This document shows, in pieces, positions 31,199 through 41,076 of a stretch of 64,000 nt of DNA (positions within the stretch are counted from its first letter, which is position 1; every line of letters starts with the position of its first letter). The stretch comes from Candidatus Poribacteria bacterium (GTDB taxonomy: Bacteria; Poribacteria; WGA-4E; UBA9662): NCBI GenBank assembly GCA_046582655.1, contig JAYGDX010000195.1, positions 1-64,000 on the forward strand, read 5' to 3'. A program made the position numbers and the translations under genes. The notes below the pieces were generated by a model. That model saw only the letters and a program-made list of their open reading frames with translations, was not told the DNA's origin and did no database searches.

Positions 31199-31852
31199 TT
31201 ATCCAAGGGGCGAAGCCATCAAAACAAATCTGACTCCAGATATCACTCTTCGTTCAACTCCTCCGATGGTCTTCGTAACCAGCATTAGATCTTGGTCAAC
31301 CTTTCCAACAGGTATTACTAGCCGGCCATCAACGCTAAGTTGATCAATCAGCATATTTGGGATAGCAGGAGGGGCAGCAGTTACGATGATGCGGTCATAA
31401 GGCGCATGATCTTCCCAACCGTGGTAACCATTACCAATTTTCGATTCAATATTCTTATATCCAAGTGAACTAAGAAGTTCCAACGCCCCATCGGCCAGTT
31501 TTTGAATAATCTCAACTGTATATACTTTATCGACAATTTCGGCTAAAACAGCAGTCTGATAACCACTACCCGTACCAATCTCAAGAACCTTCGATTGAGA
31601 TTCCAGTTCTAACAATTCCGTCATAAGAGCAACAATGTAGGGCTGAGAAATTGTCTGCTGGCAATCAATTGGAGCAGCCCGATCGTGATACGATTTACTC
31701 CTCATATCTGACCTCATAAATAGATGACGTGGTATATTCAACATGGCATCCAACACTACTTGATCATGAATACCCCGCTTCTGGATTTGTTTACGGATCA
31801 TCCTTTTTCGGTGCTGCTCATAAACGGCAGGCGAAACATTATTCCAATTCAC
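31199..31852 (-). CDS. pcm: Protein-L-isoaspartate O-methyltransferase
   Basis: QTISQPYIVALM, VLEIGTGSGYQTAVLA, APYDRIIVTAA, GRLVIPVG. Confidence 0.95.
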   Translation of the reverse strand: MNWNNVSPAVYEQHRKRMIRKQIQKRGIHDQVVLDAMLNIPRHLFMRSDMRSKSYHDRAAPIDCQQTISQPYIVALMTELLELESQSKVLEIGTGSGYQTAVLAEIVDKVYTVEIIQKLADGALELLSSLGYKNIESKIGNGYHGWEDHAPYDRIIVTAAPPAIPNMLIDQLSVDGRLVIPVGKVDQDLMLVTKTIGGVERRVISGVRFVLMASPLG

Positions 31853-31872
31853 TACTAACAGTCCTCATTTCC

Positions 31873-34233
31873 TCAATCCAGAATATGCAAATTGTACGAT
31901 GTCATTAAGAAAACTCGATCTTGACTTAACTGCTGTGAAATTTGCCTCCTTCTAGCATTAATATCCGAAATACCCAGATCGAAAGCTACTATGTTATTTA
32001 AAAGACTATATAGCCAAGTTGCCTGAGGCAAAGATACGAGTTCAACTTGCTGACTCACCAATCCCGCTTCCTTTCGTGCAACTGACAAAGCGAGATCCAA
32101 ACCGCCCAATTGATCAACTAACCCAATCTCATGCGCCTGACGACCTGTCCATACACGACCACGTGCGACTTGATCTACCTCTTCTTTGGTCATTCCGCGA
32201 CCGTTTGCAACTTTGGCAACAAAACTGTCGTAAATTTCCTCAACTGATGCTCTCATGACCTGTTGATGTGTTTCAGAGTAATCGCTGTAATCGCTATAAA
32301 AGTCTGCATTTTTACCACGCTTAATAATCTCTTTGTTGATACCAATCTTTTCATACAATCTTTTCAAATTCAACCTGCCGGTAAAAACACCAATTGATCC
32401 CGTAATCGTACTCGGCTCAGCAATAATCTGGTCAGCCAGCGTGGCGATATAATATCCACCTGATGCCGCTATGTCTCCCATTGATACAATGAGAGGTTTC
32501 CCGTCCTGTTTTAGGAGTTGCAATTCTCGCCAGATTTCATCCGCTGCCAACACAAATCCACCACCACTATCAATCCGCAGAACAACAGCTTTAATAGAAT
32601 TATCCTCCCTAACCGACCTGATTGCTTCTGCAATCGTATCAGATCCCATAAACACGCCACCCGTGAAGGGATTTGCAAAACTTTTACCTGTTATCATGTC
32701 ACCAACGGCATAAATAATGGCAATCTTTGAAGCACTAACTTTCCAGTTATAATCATGGTAGGCTTGACTAAAATAACGATCACCTTTTACCAAATCCGAC
32801 TTTTTACTATCGATCAGTTCTTCGATTTCATCTTCGTAAATAAGTTGGTCTACAAGATTATTCTCCAATGCTTGTTTAGCCGTAAAAGGTCCTTGATTAA
32901 TTAAGTCTTCAACCTGCTCCGGAGTCCAATTGCGTCCTTCTGCAATCATCCGTATAATTTGGTCATAAATATCATCAATTAAACTATTGGTCTGTTCACG
33001 ATAAACTTCTGACATTTCAGAACGGGTAAACCTTTCAGTTGCCGACTTGTATTCTCCAATCCGCTCGAAATCACTATGAACGCCCAATTGATCCATAAGA
33101 GTCTTTAAAAACGTCAGTTCACTTCGCACACCAATCAAATCTACAGTTCCCAAGGGATGAAGGAAAATTTGGCTAGATACTGAAGCCAGCATATAGGCTC
33201 CCGTTGAACAGATCTTACCGTAACAAATAACCTCTTTGCCTGCGTCTCCAAACTGTTTAAGTAGGTTTCGGCGCTCCTGCATCTGTGCAACTCCAACATC
33301 ACTCCCACCAATTCGAACCAAAACGCCAACAACGGATTGATCATCCTTGGCAGTTTGCAATGAATAATCTATTTCGCTCATTTCTATATCAAGAAAAATC
33401 TTACGTCTTGGTCTCGTTCGGCTCGGCTGCGAAATGCGAAATTCTCCAACGCCAGTTTTTAATTTCTTATTTGGTGAAAATGCCCGGAAAGCACCTAATC
33501 CCATATAGCCTAGATTGACGCCAAATCGAATATCGAAACTCTTATCATTCCAATAACCAGTACGAAAAGTTAAGAAATCTATTGGCCGAATATCTAAACC
33601 GTAACGGATACCAATACCACCTGCATCCTCTACTTTTCTTAAATCTAACGAAAACGTAATGCGAGAGGTATTTGGACGTATAGCTATTCCAAAATCATAG
33701 GTCCGGCCACCAACTAACGCAGGACGATTTAAATCACGTGCAACGGTACCAATCGATAAATTACTTCGTCGAAACATCAATCCCAGTGACCACGACGAGA
33801 AATTGTCGTAATTCTGATAATTAGATCTATCATAGTCAGTCAAGTTTGCGTTAATCCAACTATAACTTGTACCTAAGTACAGTGATCCAAGCAACCGAGT
33901 GCCATTAGTAACTGTATAGCGTTTGAATGAAACACCATTTCCTGTCTCAATAAATTCCAATCCCAAGCCGGATTTTGCCGTTGCTAAAAAAAGCGCATCG
34001 TCTCCCCTTGAATCCCCATCGTAGGTACGTAAGTAACACAAATCAATACCACTAAGAGGGGCTACTCCCGCAGGATTGAAAAAAGTTGCCAGTGCTCCAT
34101 CACTAGTAGCAACTGAATTTGACGGCAACTGTGTCATTTTCTTTACTGCACCTACAGTTGAAGCCAACAAGATCATCATTGCGAATGACAGAATGAGAAT
34201 ATAGATTTTTGGTTTGTGCACTTTATAAATCAT
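31873..34233 (-). CDS. sppA: Signal peptide peptidase SppA with N-terminal predicted beta-barrel domain
   Basis: Tandem S49 domains: GEYKSA (Lys), RIDSGGG, SMGDIAASGGYY (Ser), TITGSIGV, GRVWTG. The N-terminal ~260 aa has a signal peptide, an FFNPAG motif and amphipathic strands. Confidence 0.88.
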   Translation of the reverse strand: MIYKVHKPKIYILILSFAMMILLASTVGAVKKMTQLPSNSVATSDGALATFFNPAGVAPLSGIDLCYLRTYDGDSRGDDALFLATAKSGLGLEFIETGNGVSFKRYTVTNGTRLLGSLYLGTSYSWINANLTDYDRSNYQNYDNFSSWSLGLMFRRSNLSIGTVARDLNRPALVGGRTYDFGIAIRPNTSRITFSLDLRKVEDAGGIGIRYGLDIRPIDFLTFRTGYWNDKSFDIRFGVNLGYMGLGAFRAFSPNKKLKTGVGEFRISQPSRTRPRRKIFLDIEMSEIDYSLQTAKDDQSVVGVLVRIGGSDVGVAQMQERRNLLKQFGDAGKEVICYGKICSTGAYMLASVSSQIFLHPLGTVDLIGVRSELTFLKTLMDQLGVHSDFERIGEYKSATERFTRSEMSEVYREQTNSLIDDIYDQIIRMIAEGRNWTPEQVEDLINQGPFTAKQALENNLVDQLIYEDEIEELIDSKKSDLVKGDRYFSQAYHDYNWKVSASKIAIIYAVGDMITGKSFANPFTGGVFMGSDTIAEAIRSVREDNSIKAVVLRIDSGGGFVLAADEIWRELQLLKQDGKPLIVSMGDIAASGGYYIATLADQIIAEPSTITGSIGVFTGRLNLKRLYEKIGINKEIIKRGKNADFYSDYSDYSETHQQVMRASVEEIYDSFVAKVANGRGMTKEEVDQVARGRVWTGRQAHEIGLVDQLGGLDLALSVARKEAGLVSQQVELVSLPQATWLYSLLNNIVAFDLGISDINARRRQISQQLSQDRVFLMTSYNLHILD

Positions 34234-35216
34234 TATATATCCAATACTGCCTCAACCCCAATTTTTCCAATTGATCCGCCGCTCGCCACCATCGGATAAA
34301 TTGGTTGGGACCAAAAAACACCGTCTGCCGGTGAATGAATTACTTCACGCAGGTTACCAAACACATCATGAATCTCCGCGATCGGTTGGCCGGTTTCAAT
34401 ATAATCTGTCAATGTAACCTGATAGCGAACAAAGCCACCATGATTGCTCACAACCGGAACAAATTGGTGTGCAACAAACTGCTCTGAAGGAATCTCCGGT
34501 TCACCATCAATGAAATCATAAGTTTTCAATATATTCAGTATCCCACGAATTCCCTTTGAAATACTCAGATGATTCCAACCATGACAGCCACCTAACTCTG
34601 GATCGATTGTTGGAATCCCAATATCTGGAGCAACTTGTGCCAGTTGTCCCTTCGGCCCTTTTTGATCAAGAATATATCCGATACCAAAAGCCCTTGCGAG
34701 TTTAAGACACGCTTCATGAAGCGGATGATCATGACTAACTCTCACTCTGACCTCATCAATCATCGGCTTAACCCCACTTTGATGTAAATCTATACAAACA
34801 TCTGCTTGTTTTACAGCATTATTAAACAAATAATGGGCGATTCGTTCGCTTGAAGTTCCATTGGCTTTACCTGGAAAACATCTATTCATTTTCAGGTTGT
34901 CGACAGGACTGTAAGCCTGTTTCGCGTGAAAAGCGTGAAAATTAACAATCGGAATCGCAATAACTTTCCCACGTAAAATATCAGGAGATACTTGACGTAG
35001 AACTTCATGGATAACAGCTATTCCATTCAGCTCATCACCATCACTTACCGCTTGAAGATAAATCGTCTTTCCATCAGCTACCCCATTAATCAAAACAGCA
35101 GGCAATCCTATAGATGTTCCATCCTGCATTTCACCAACTGGAATTTTTCCCTCAGTTCTTTCCCCTGGTAATGCTTGTAATTCACCAACAGTAATTGATT
35201 TTTGATTGTGTCCCAA
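34233..35216 (-). CDS. Succinylglutamate desuccinylase/aspartoacylase (M14) family protein
   Basis: DGDELNG, MNRCFPG, DLHQ, PELGG and a C-terminal biotinyl-like domain; start reassigned to TTG 35216 (GGGAG RBS) because 35240 abuts the -10 box. Confidence 0.85.
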   Translation of the reverse strand: MGHNQKSITVGELQALPGERTEGKIPVGEMQDGTSIGLPAVLINGVADGKTIYLQAVSDGDELNGIAVIHEVLRQVSPDILRGKVIAIPIVNFHAFHAKQAYSPVDNLKMNRCFPGKANGTSSERIAHYLFNNAVKQADVCIDLHQSGVKPMIDEVRVRVSHDHPLHEACLKLARAFGIGYILDQKGPKGQLAQVAPDIGIPTIDPELGGCHGWNHLSISKGIRGILNILKTYDFIDGEPEIPSEQFVAHQFVPVVSNHGGFVRYQVTLTDYIETGQPIAEIHDVFGNLREVIHSPADGVFWSQPIYPMVASGGSIGKIGVEAVLDI

Positions 35217-35241
35217 GATCCCACTCCCATAGATTGGCAAA

Positions 35242-35270
35242 ATTATACTCTTGGGTGTCTATGATGTCAA
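35242..35270 (-). promoter_or_regulatory. Consensus sigma70 promoter for M14-sppA-pcm
   Basis: Perfect TTGACA-N17-TATAAT. Confidence 0.85.
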
Positions 35271-35448
35271 TTTAGGCTATTTTTGACCGAAACCTTGCTT
35301 TTATTAGATCCGTTGGTCGGCGCGGAATATCTTTGATTTTCTCTGTTTTGAAGGTGTTACCAGAATTGAGATGTGAACTGTTCTAGCAAGAAAAAACGGG
35401 AAAATTACGGTAGCTCCGATGAAATGGGCTGAGACAATTAAGGATGAC

Positions 35449-35859
35449 TCAAAAAGTTAATCCAATCTTATTAAGCAAAAAAATTATGTTTTTTCTAGCG
35501 ATCTGCCGATAGTTTGGCTTTAAAGAAGGCGAAGGAACAACGGTTACATGATCACTTTGTACCCAGCCTACAATATTTGTTTTAACCCTGACTTGAATCC
35601 AATCAGATTTTATTTGCATAATTTCCAGTTTCGTTCCCTCATGGGCTTGAGCAAATGGAACAGAGTCTAAGGTGGGTCTTCTACGAATTATAGACTTATC
35701 GTTAAAAAGAAGTTGGGAGATAGGATCTTGTTCTTTTAAAGTAGGAGCTGTGAAAATATAGGATAGAACCAAAGCGGAGAGACTTAAAACCGTAAGCATC
35801 CCAATAAAGGGAAATGATTTCTGTTTTAAAACTCGCTCTTCTTCAAACGAATTCGGCAT
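35449..35859 (-). CDS. Membrane-anchored bacterial SH3 domain protein
   Basis: N-terminal TM; IRRRPT...GTKLEIM...DWIQV...GWVQSDHV. Confidence 0.8.
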   Translation of the reverse strand: MPNSFEEERVLKQKSFPFIGMLTVLSLSALVLSYIFTAPTLKEQDPISQLLFNDKSIIRRRPTLDSVPFAQAHEGTKLEIMQIKSDWIQVRVKTNIVGWVQSDHVTVVPSPSLKPNYRQIARKNIIFLLNKIGLTF

Positions 35860-35864
35860 GAAAA

Positions 35865-36779
35865 TTATCTTTTGGTAATTTTCACTATATCGTCAACAAT
35901 GAAGTGTCCAGACGCATTTGGCTCAACTGAAAGCAAAATCGTTTTGCCTTTGATGTCAGCAACAATCGCATTGGCACGCTTTTCCTTGCCGAGAACTACT
36001 AATTCGCCAGTAACCGGATGAATAATTTCCTTTGGAGTTTTGATCAATATAATTGCATTCCCCACAGAAACTTGATCGAACGCGGTCATCGAAAACATAT
36101 TCCCATTGATAGAAAGAACTTTAGCGTTCTCGGTTACAACCTGTTCTGCTAGAATTTCAACTATTTCTTTTTCCAATACTGGTGGTCGGCGAACACGGTC
36201 GTGCACTTCAATTGCCAGCTGTACACCTCTGTCGTCTTCCCCTGAATCAACCATTTTAATTTCAAAGTGCGATAGATACATAACAGACGTAGACTCATAC
36301 ACTTCTACCACTAAACCGTATCCCAAAGATCCTCCAATGGGATAGCGCACGTCTGAGATCGCATCGTAAAGGCCCTTCGGACGGTAGATTTCAAGTAGCA
36401 TTCCACGTTGAACACCATCTTTAGCACCAATATTAATGTGGGCTTTTCGTTTATCGACACTTAACACGAATCCGTCTTCTGGAACTGCTTCGGGTACTTC
36501 AGCATCTGCACTTTTTGATGATACTGGAGTTAATATCCCTGTATCGTCGGTTTGATTTGATGTATTAGCAGACGAAGCCAGTAAGGCATAATAAAAAACT
36601 GATAATGTACGAAAAATTTGAGAAGCTGCATTGTTAACATAGGAAGCAGTTGTAACAAACTCTCTACTCGACAGAGCGTTATCTGCTGCCGGTTGGTCCA
36701 CCGCAACTGCAAAAACCGGCACAAACACGCAAAATATAGCAATAGCAGTTAGATTTTTCAATAGTAATTCCTTGATCAA
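35865..36779 (-). CDS. Exported protein with two FlgT-C-terminal-like beta domains
   Basis: Signal peptide; GFVLSV...HINIGAKDGVQRGMLLEIYR and AKVLSING...IIHPVTGE patterns. Confidence 0.55.
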   Translation of the reverse strand: MIKELLLKNLTAIAIFCVFVPVFAVAVDQPAADNALSSREFVTTASYVNNAASQIFRTLSVFYYALLASSANTSNQTDDTGILTPVSSKSADAEVPEAVPEDGFVLSVDKRKAHINIGAKDGVQRGMLLEIYRPKGLYDAISDVRYPIGGSLGYGLVVEVYESTSVMYLSHFEIKMVDSGEDDRGVQLAIEVHDRVRRPPVLEKEIVEILAEQVVTENAKVLSINGNMFSMTAFDQVSVGNAIILIKTPKEIIHPVTGELVVLGKEKRANAIVADIKGKTILLSVEPNASGHFIVDDIVKITKR

Positions 36780-36795
36780 TGATCTGTAGTCAAAA

Positions 36796-37530
36796 CTACC
36801 AACTCATTTGAAGCATCGAAACATAAGGAGCAGAATCGATATCGGAATACGCAATCGGTATATCATCCACAGGATCATTGTTAATCAATAGCAAAACAGT
36901 GCCAAGCGTAACACCGGCAATCGACGCACCAACTAAAATTTTGCTGTTTCTATCAAGTCTCTTGGTACGGTTTTCAAAAAGTCGTTTGTCTTCCTCCACA
37001 CGTGATAGCTTATATAAATCATATGCATTGTTGGCACGTTGATGCGAATAAGCGGCAGTGATTCCCAAACTAACTCCAGTTGAAAAAATTAGCCAAGCCG
37101 GCGCCTTATTGCTCCTTCGAACTGGTGGTCTGTAAGACTCCACTAGTTTTTTCTTAGACAGAATTTGCGTCAGGAAATTATCGCTGCTTGCCTTTTCATC
37201 GTCTTTTAAAGCAACGATATCTTTAAGTGCAATAATTTTATGAGTGACTTCAATTTGCTTGCCTAACTGAAGATCGACAACTTTTGCTACCGCTCCTTGC
37301 ATAAAGAGCTGAACAATTTTTATATCGCCAACATAATCCAATCTGCCATTGATATCTTCATAAACTCGATAGATTGCATCAAGCTTTGCTCCATTGTCCG
37401 TTCCAACATCAATATAAATCCGAGAACCTTCGACAAGCAAAACATAGCCATGATCAGCAATAGAAGCGTGACTGAAAATCAAGACAAAAATGAAAAATAG
37501 CAGTATTACCGCCTGTGATTGCTTAATCAT
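36796..37530 (-). CDS. Exported protein with FlgT-C-like domain and C-terminal hydrophobic helices
   Basis: Signal peptide; GYVLLVEGSRIYIDVGTDNG...VGDIKIVQL; two C-terminal hydrophobic segments. Confidence 0.55.
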   Translation of the reverse strand: MIKQSQAVILLFFIFVLIFSHASIADHGYVLLVEGSRIYIDVGTDNGAKLDAIYRVYEDINGRLDYVGDIKIVQLFMQGAVAKVVDLQLGKQIEVTHKIIALKDIVALKDDEKASSDNFLTQILSKKKLVESYRPPVRRSNKAPAWLIFSTGVSLGITAAYSHQRANNAYDLYKLSRVEEDKRLFENRTKRLDRNSKILVGASIAGVTLGTVLLLINNDPVDDIPIAYSDIDSAPYVSMLQMSW

Positions 37531-38111
37531 TGAACGAGTTCAAGAAGATCCTTTTTGGGAATCATACCCAAGATCCCCTTATGTTTTTCTAGGTGAATCT
37601 TGACTTGGTTCAGCTTTTTCTCGTTTGCTTCAGACTCCTTTTTAAAAGACTGAGCTTGTTTTCGAAACTTACCCATTCTTTCCTCGATTTTTCCAGCTCG
37701 ATCCGCTTCACTTTTTTGAAGGTTCGTTGAATCCTGCAACCTTGAGGCTAAGCTTTCCATAATCCGCACCGCGATTTCAGGAGTATCTTGAACAATTGAC
37801 TCTAACCCTCCCGTGTAAACATAAACTTTACACTCAATAGGATCGCCCCTCTCATCGAAGTCCTCCAGTGTTTTAATCGACGCGGTTCGAGGAACCCCGA
37901 GAATCTCCGACATTTCACCTAGAATCGCGCCAATAGCTGGGGGGGCTGTAATCTCGGCAACCTGCTCAGGACCTTTGAAGACACCCAAAGTACCCTCGTG
38001 TAAAATAAAAATAGACCCATCACCATCCGTATCTTCTTGGATCAGAATTTGATCCGGTTCGTATATACGAAGATTAGGATCACTTGATGACACAGCATAT
38101 CCGTCTGGCAT
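37527..38111 (-). CDS. Cyclic-nucleotide-binding domain protein with C-terminal coiled coil (no HTH)
   Basis: LIQED...IFILHEGTLGV...GEMSEILGVPRTASI phosphate-binding cassette; GGAGG RBS. Confidence 0.85.
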   Translation of the reverse strand: MPDGYAVSSSDPNLRIYEPDQILIQEDTDGDGSIFILHEGTLGVFKGPEQVAEITAPPAIGAILGEMSEILGVPRTASIKTLEDFDERGDPIECKVYVYTGGLESIVQDTPEIAVRIMESLASRLQDSTNLQKSEADRAGKIEERMGKFRKQAQSFKKESEANEKKLNQVKIHLEKHKGILGMIPKKDLLELVQ

Positions 38112-38130
38112 GTTTTACACCTCCATCATT

Positions 38131-41076
38131 TTATTGTTGATCCGTAATTGAGAGAACATAACGAAATCCGATTCCACCATATACTTCTTCGGCAACAGCT
38201 TTCTTGCGATTTGTCAGATGTGTGATCTGACCATTTCGAACTTCAAGGCCGCCCCGAATTACTTTTTCTTCCTTGCCAATTGGGCCTGGCCCAATTGGAT
38301 TGAACCGCGGTGCAGGATAATATCCCGGAGAATACCAGTCACTAACCCACTCCCACACATTTCCACACATGTTATACAAACCATCTTCTGTTTGACCCTT
38401 AGCAAATCGACTAACAGGCATAATTCCCATTCCGTCAACCGGATTAACGAAATTGGTAACTAACCCGTTCCAGCGATCCCCCCAAGGCCAGAAGGTCCTA
38501 TTATCTTTCTGGGGATTAGAGGACCCAAGCTTTGCTGAGCCGAGAGCCGTACGTTCCCACTCAGCTTCTGTTGGCAGTCTATATCCCTCGACTGCTTCTA
38601 TGCTATTAGTTGCAGCACCATTTTTATCTATCAACTCTCCTGTGGCACTATATGATTTAGGCAAGTTTGCTGATTCACTCAACCAATTACAATATCGCGT
38701 TGCGTCATACCAACTGACAAACACAACGGGATAACTTGCCATACCTGCAGGATACCCGCCATCTACCCAATGCGGGGGAATCGGATGAGCAGTTGCATCG
38801 ACAAACTCCTTATACTCAGCATTCGTCACTTCAAACCGACCGATAAAATATGAAGATAACGTAACTTCATGCTCTGGTTTTTCATCTTCCTCACCAGTTG
38901 CATTGCCCATCAAGAAGCCTTGATCGTTCCTAGAAATATAGATCATCCCCAGTGGGGGAACCAATTCTATTGAAGATGAGAAAGTTTTCGTCTCATTATC
39001 TGCCCAATCCCTGAATTTCACCCACACTTTTTTTTCGCCAGGATGAGAATTGATATTCCATTTCTTTGAGGAAGAAAACGGCTCCCATTCAACTATTTGA
39101 TCTATTCGTGACTGGAAGTTCTTATTATTGGAAATCATCATTTTGGAAACACCACTCTGGTCGGTGATAGCAAACGATAAACGCACTATAGAGGATGACG
39201 TTTGGGAATTTCCACCATTAATTAAAAAACCATTCGGTAACACAATGGGAGCATTGTCATCCATTCTTAGCTCTCTTTTAATAAAGGTTGTGTCGCCTAT
39301 AAACACAGTAACTGATGATATAATTAATTTGTTATCCTCTCGAAGAACAGAATATCGGTTGTCTTGTTCCACATCAGATACCAACCAATGGCGTGATTCC
39401 TGTACCAAAGTCACCAATACTTTGCTTGGAACCTCAATTCCAGCAGACCTAAGCTCATTCCTGAAAGTTTGCGAACATAGGCATTTATCAAGTTCCGTAA
39501 CTCGTTGGTCTGTTACAGGGACACTCGATGAGATTTCCTCTAAAGAATACTTCCCTGCTACAAGTTTTAAGTGATAACTGCCCGCAGGGATATTTGAAAT
39601 TGTTACAGGTGTTTCATAAGACTTGGTCAATTTATCTAGATAAATTTTTTCAGTAGAAAATTGAGGTTTTAGAGTTAGCGTTGCACCCGAAGGGTCGGAT
39701 ATGACTGTAATACTCCCAGCGCCTCGGGTCATCTTTAATATTGGAACCTTAGTAACTTCACCTGCTCGAATTAAAACGGTCCGCTTCTCCGGCAGATAGA
39801 AAGGGCGGTCTATTTCAAGTTTACTCATCCGTAAGACTTGCGCAGACTTCGGATATCCCCGTTTAAGTTTATCTTTTAACGTAATAGTCAGCCGCAACTT
39901 CTGTTCAGTCCCCGGCGCACCTTCGACTTCCTTCTCAGGAATGCCTATAATTTCTGTATTTTCTTCGGCTTGAATTCTATTTACTCTCGCATCATCGGCT
40001 CGAAGCTCCTGTTTCTCAAGATATTCCTGAGAAGTAACTACTTTATTTTGATCGCCATCCAAGATAGCAAAAATACCTTCTGCGCCAGCACTAGGATAAT
40101 AACTCAGGTACTCATCTAACGGTATTTCTCTATCATTATTAACATCTATTCTGTTAAAAATCAGTTCATAACCTTCACTAAGTGAAGACACAAGCTCTAT
40201 TTTCTTTATTTGATCATATACTTGCTTAATTCTTGTTCTAAATAGAAACTCACCTTGCGCTATCTCAACTATATCCCCTGAAGCAAACTTGGACGTATCC
40301 CCAACATATATCTGTTGAGCAGTAGCTTTTGCCTTCTGAGTCAGCACCGCATAGACTTCAGAATTATCAATCTTCTGGATTGAAATAGCACTTTTGACCG
40401 GAAAGTCATTTCTACTAGCAATACTACTGACATACACTTTAATCTGAGAAGCACCAGGTTCAACATCCTCAGCAAGATATGCGGGTGCAACAACAGGAAC
40501 GGCAAAGATTCGCGGACTTTTAGGAGGATTAATCTTGAAGATCCTCGCATTGCCAGATTCCCCAACTTCCCCTGTTGTAGTTTCAAACGTATTTATTAAA
40601 GGAGGCCGAATAAATAATGCAGGTATTGCATCAACTACCCCGATACGAACAATCTCATGGTCGCTTACTCTTTTTGGCAGGTTACCATCTTGGTTTTGCT
40701 CTATACGAACGGTATCGCCCACAGCAAAACTACGGCTACTACGTACCAATATTCGGTCATGACCAACATCAGCAGCCCGAATAAGCGGAACCGGATTCCC
40801 AATTGGCTTAACAGTATCAGCTTTCTGCTTAGTTTCGATTTCTTCCGGTCTTCTTTTTTGTGCGCGTCTTAATTCACGATCAATACGAATAACAGCATCT
40901 GGGGGATCTGTTTCAATATAAAGATAGCCAAAATTTTCGGACTGGTCTTGTGCCAATACTACATTATTTTCCAATACACCTGCTGAAAACAAAAAGATAA
41001 TCAGCATTATCCATCCAAAAAACAACCCTCTGTTTAAAGATTGCAACAACTGGTTCAAATCTTTCGGCCTTCCCAT
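38131..41076 (-). CDS. Exported multidomain protein: PEGA, beta repeats, EF-hands, Ig-like, FGE-sulfatase (SUMF1) domain
   Basis: GYLYIETDPPDA and GSITVISDPSGA (PEGA); DVNNDREIPLDEY and DGDQNKVVTSQEY (EF-hands); FLMG...EKPEHEV...EVTNAEY...RLPTEAEWE...GNVWEW...GFR. Confidence 0.85.
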   Translation of the reverse strand: MGRPKDLNQLLQSLNRGLFFGWIMLIIFLFSAGVLENNVVLAQDQSENFGYLYIETDPPDAVIRIDRELRRAQKRRPEEIETKQKADTVKPIGNPVPLIRAADVGHDRILVRSSRSFAVGDTVRIEQNQDGNLPKRVSDHEIVRIGVVDAIPALFIRPPLINTFETTTGEVGESGNARIFKINPPKSPRIFAVPVVAPAYLAEDVEPGASQIKVYVSSIASRNDFPVKSAISIQKIDNSEVYAVLTQKAKATAQQIYVGDTSKFASGDIVEIAQGEFLFRTRIKQVYDQIKKIELVSSLSEGYELIFNRIDVNNDREIPLDEYLSYYPSAGAEGIFAILDGDQNKVVTSQEYLEKQELRADDARVNRIQAEENTEIIGIPEKEVEGAPGTEQKLRLTITLKDKLKRGYPKSAQVLRMSKLEIDRPFYLPEKRTVLIRAGEVTKVPILKMTRGAGSITVISDPSGATLTLKPQFSTEKIYLDKLTKSYETPVTISNIPAGSYHLKLVAGKYSLEEISSSVPVTDQRVTELDKCLCSQTFRNELRSAGIEVPSKVLVTLVQESRHWLVSDVEQDNRYSVLREDNKLIISSVTVFIGDTTFIKRELRMDDNAPIVLPNGFLINGGNSQTSSSIVRLSFAITDQSGVSKMMISNNKNFQSRIDQIVEWEPFSSSKKWNINSHPGEKKVWVKFRDWADNETKTFSSSIELVPPLGMIYISRNDQGFLMGNATGEEDEKPEHEVTLSSYFIGRFEVTNAEYKEFVDATAHPIPPHWVDGGYPAGMASYPVVFVSWYDATRYCNWLSESANLPKSYSATGELIDKNGAATNSIEAVEGYRLPTEAEWERTALGSAKLGSSNPQKDNRTFWPWGDRWNGLVTNFVNPVDGMGIMPVSRFAKGQTEDGLYNMCGNVWEWVSDWYSPGYYPAPRFNPIGPGPIGKEEKVIRGGLEVRNGQITHLTNRKKAVAEEVYGGIGFRYVLSITDQQ

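Noticed and set aside
38131..38300. FGE-sulfatase C-terminus as a diversity-generating retroelement target
   Set aside because: No reverse transcriptase, and no adenine-variant template repeat of this region noticed in the window
38131..38950. True formylglycine-generating enzyme
   Set aside because: The catalytic Cys pair in the RGGS..C....C region is absent (RGGLEVRNG); more likely a binding domain
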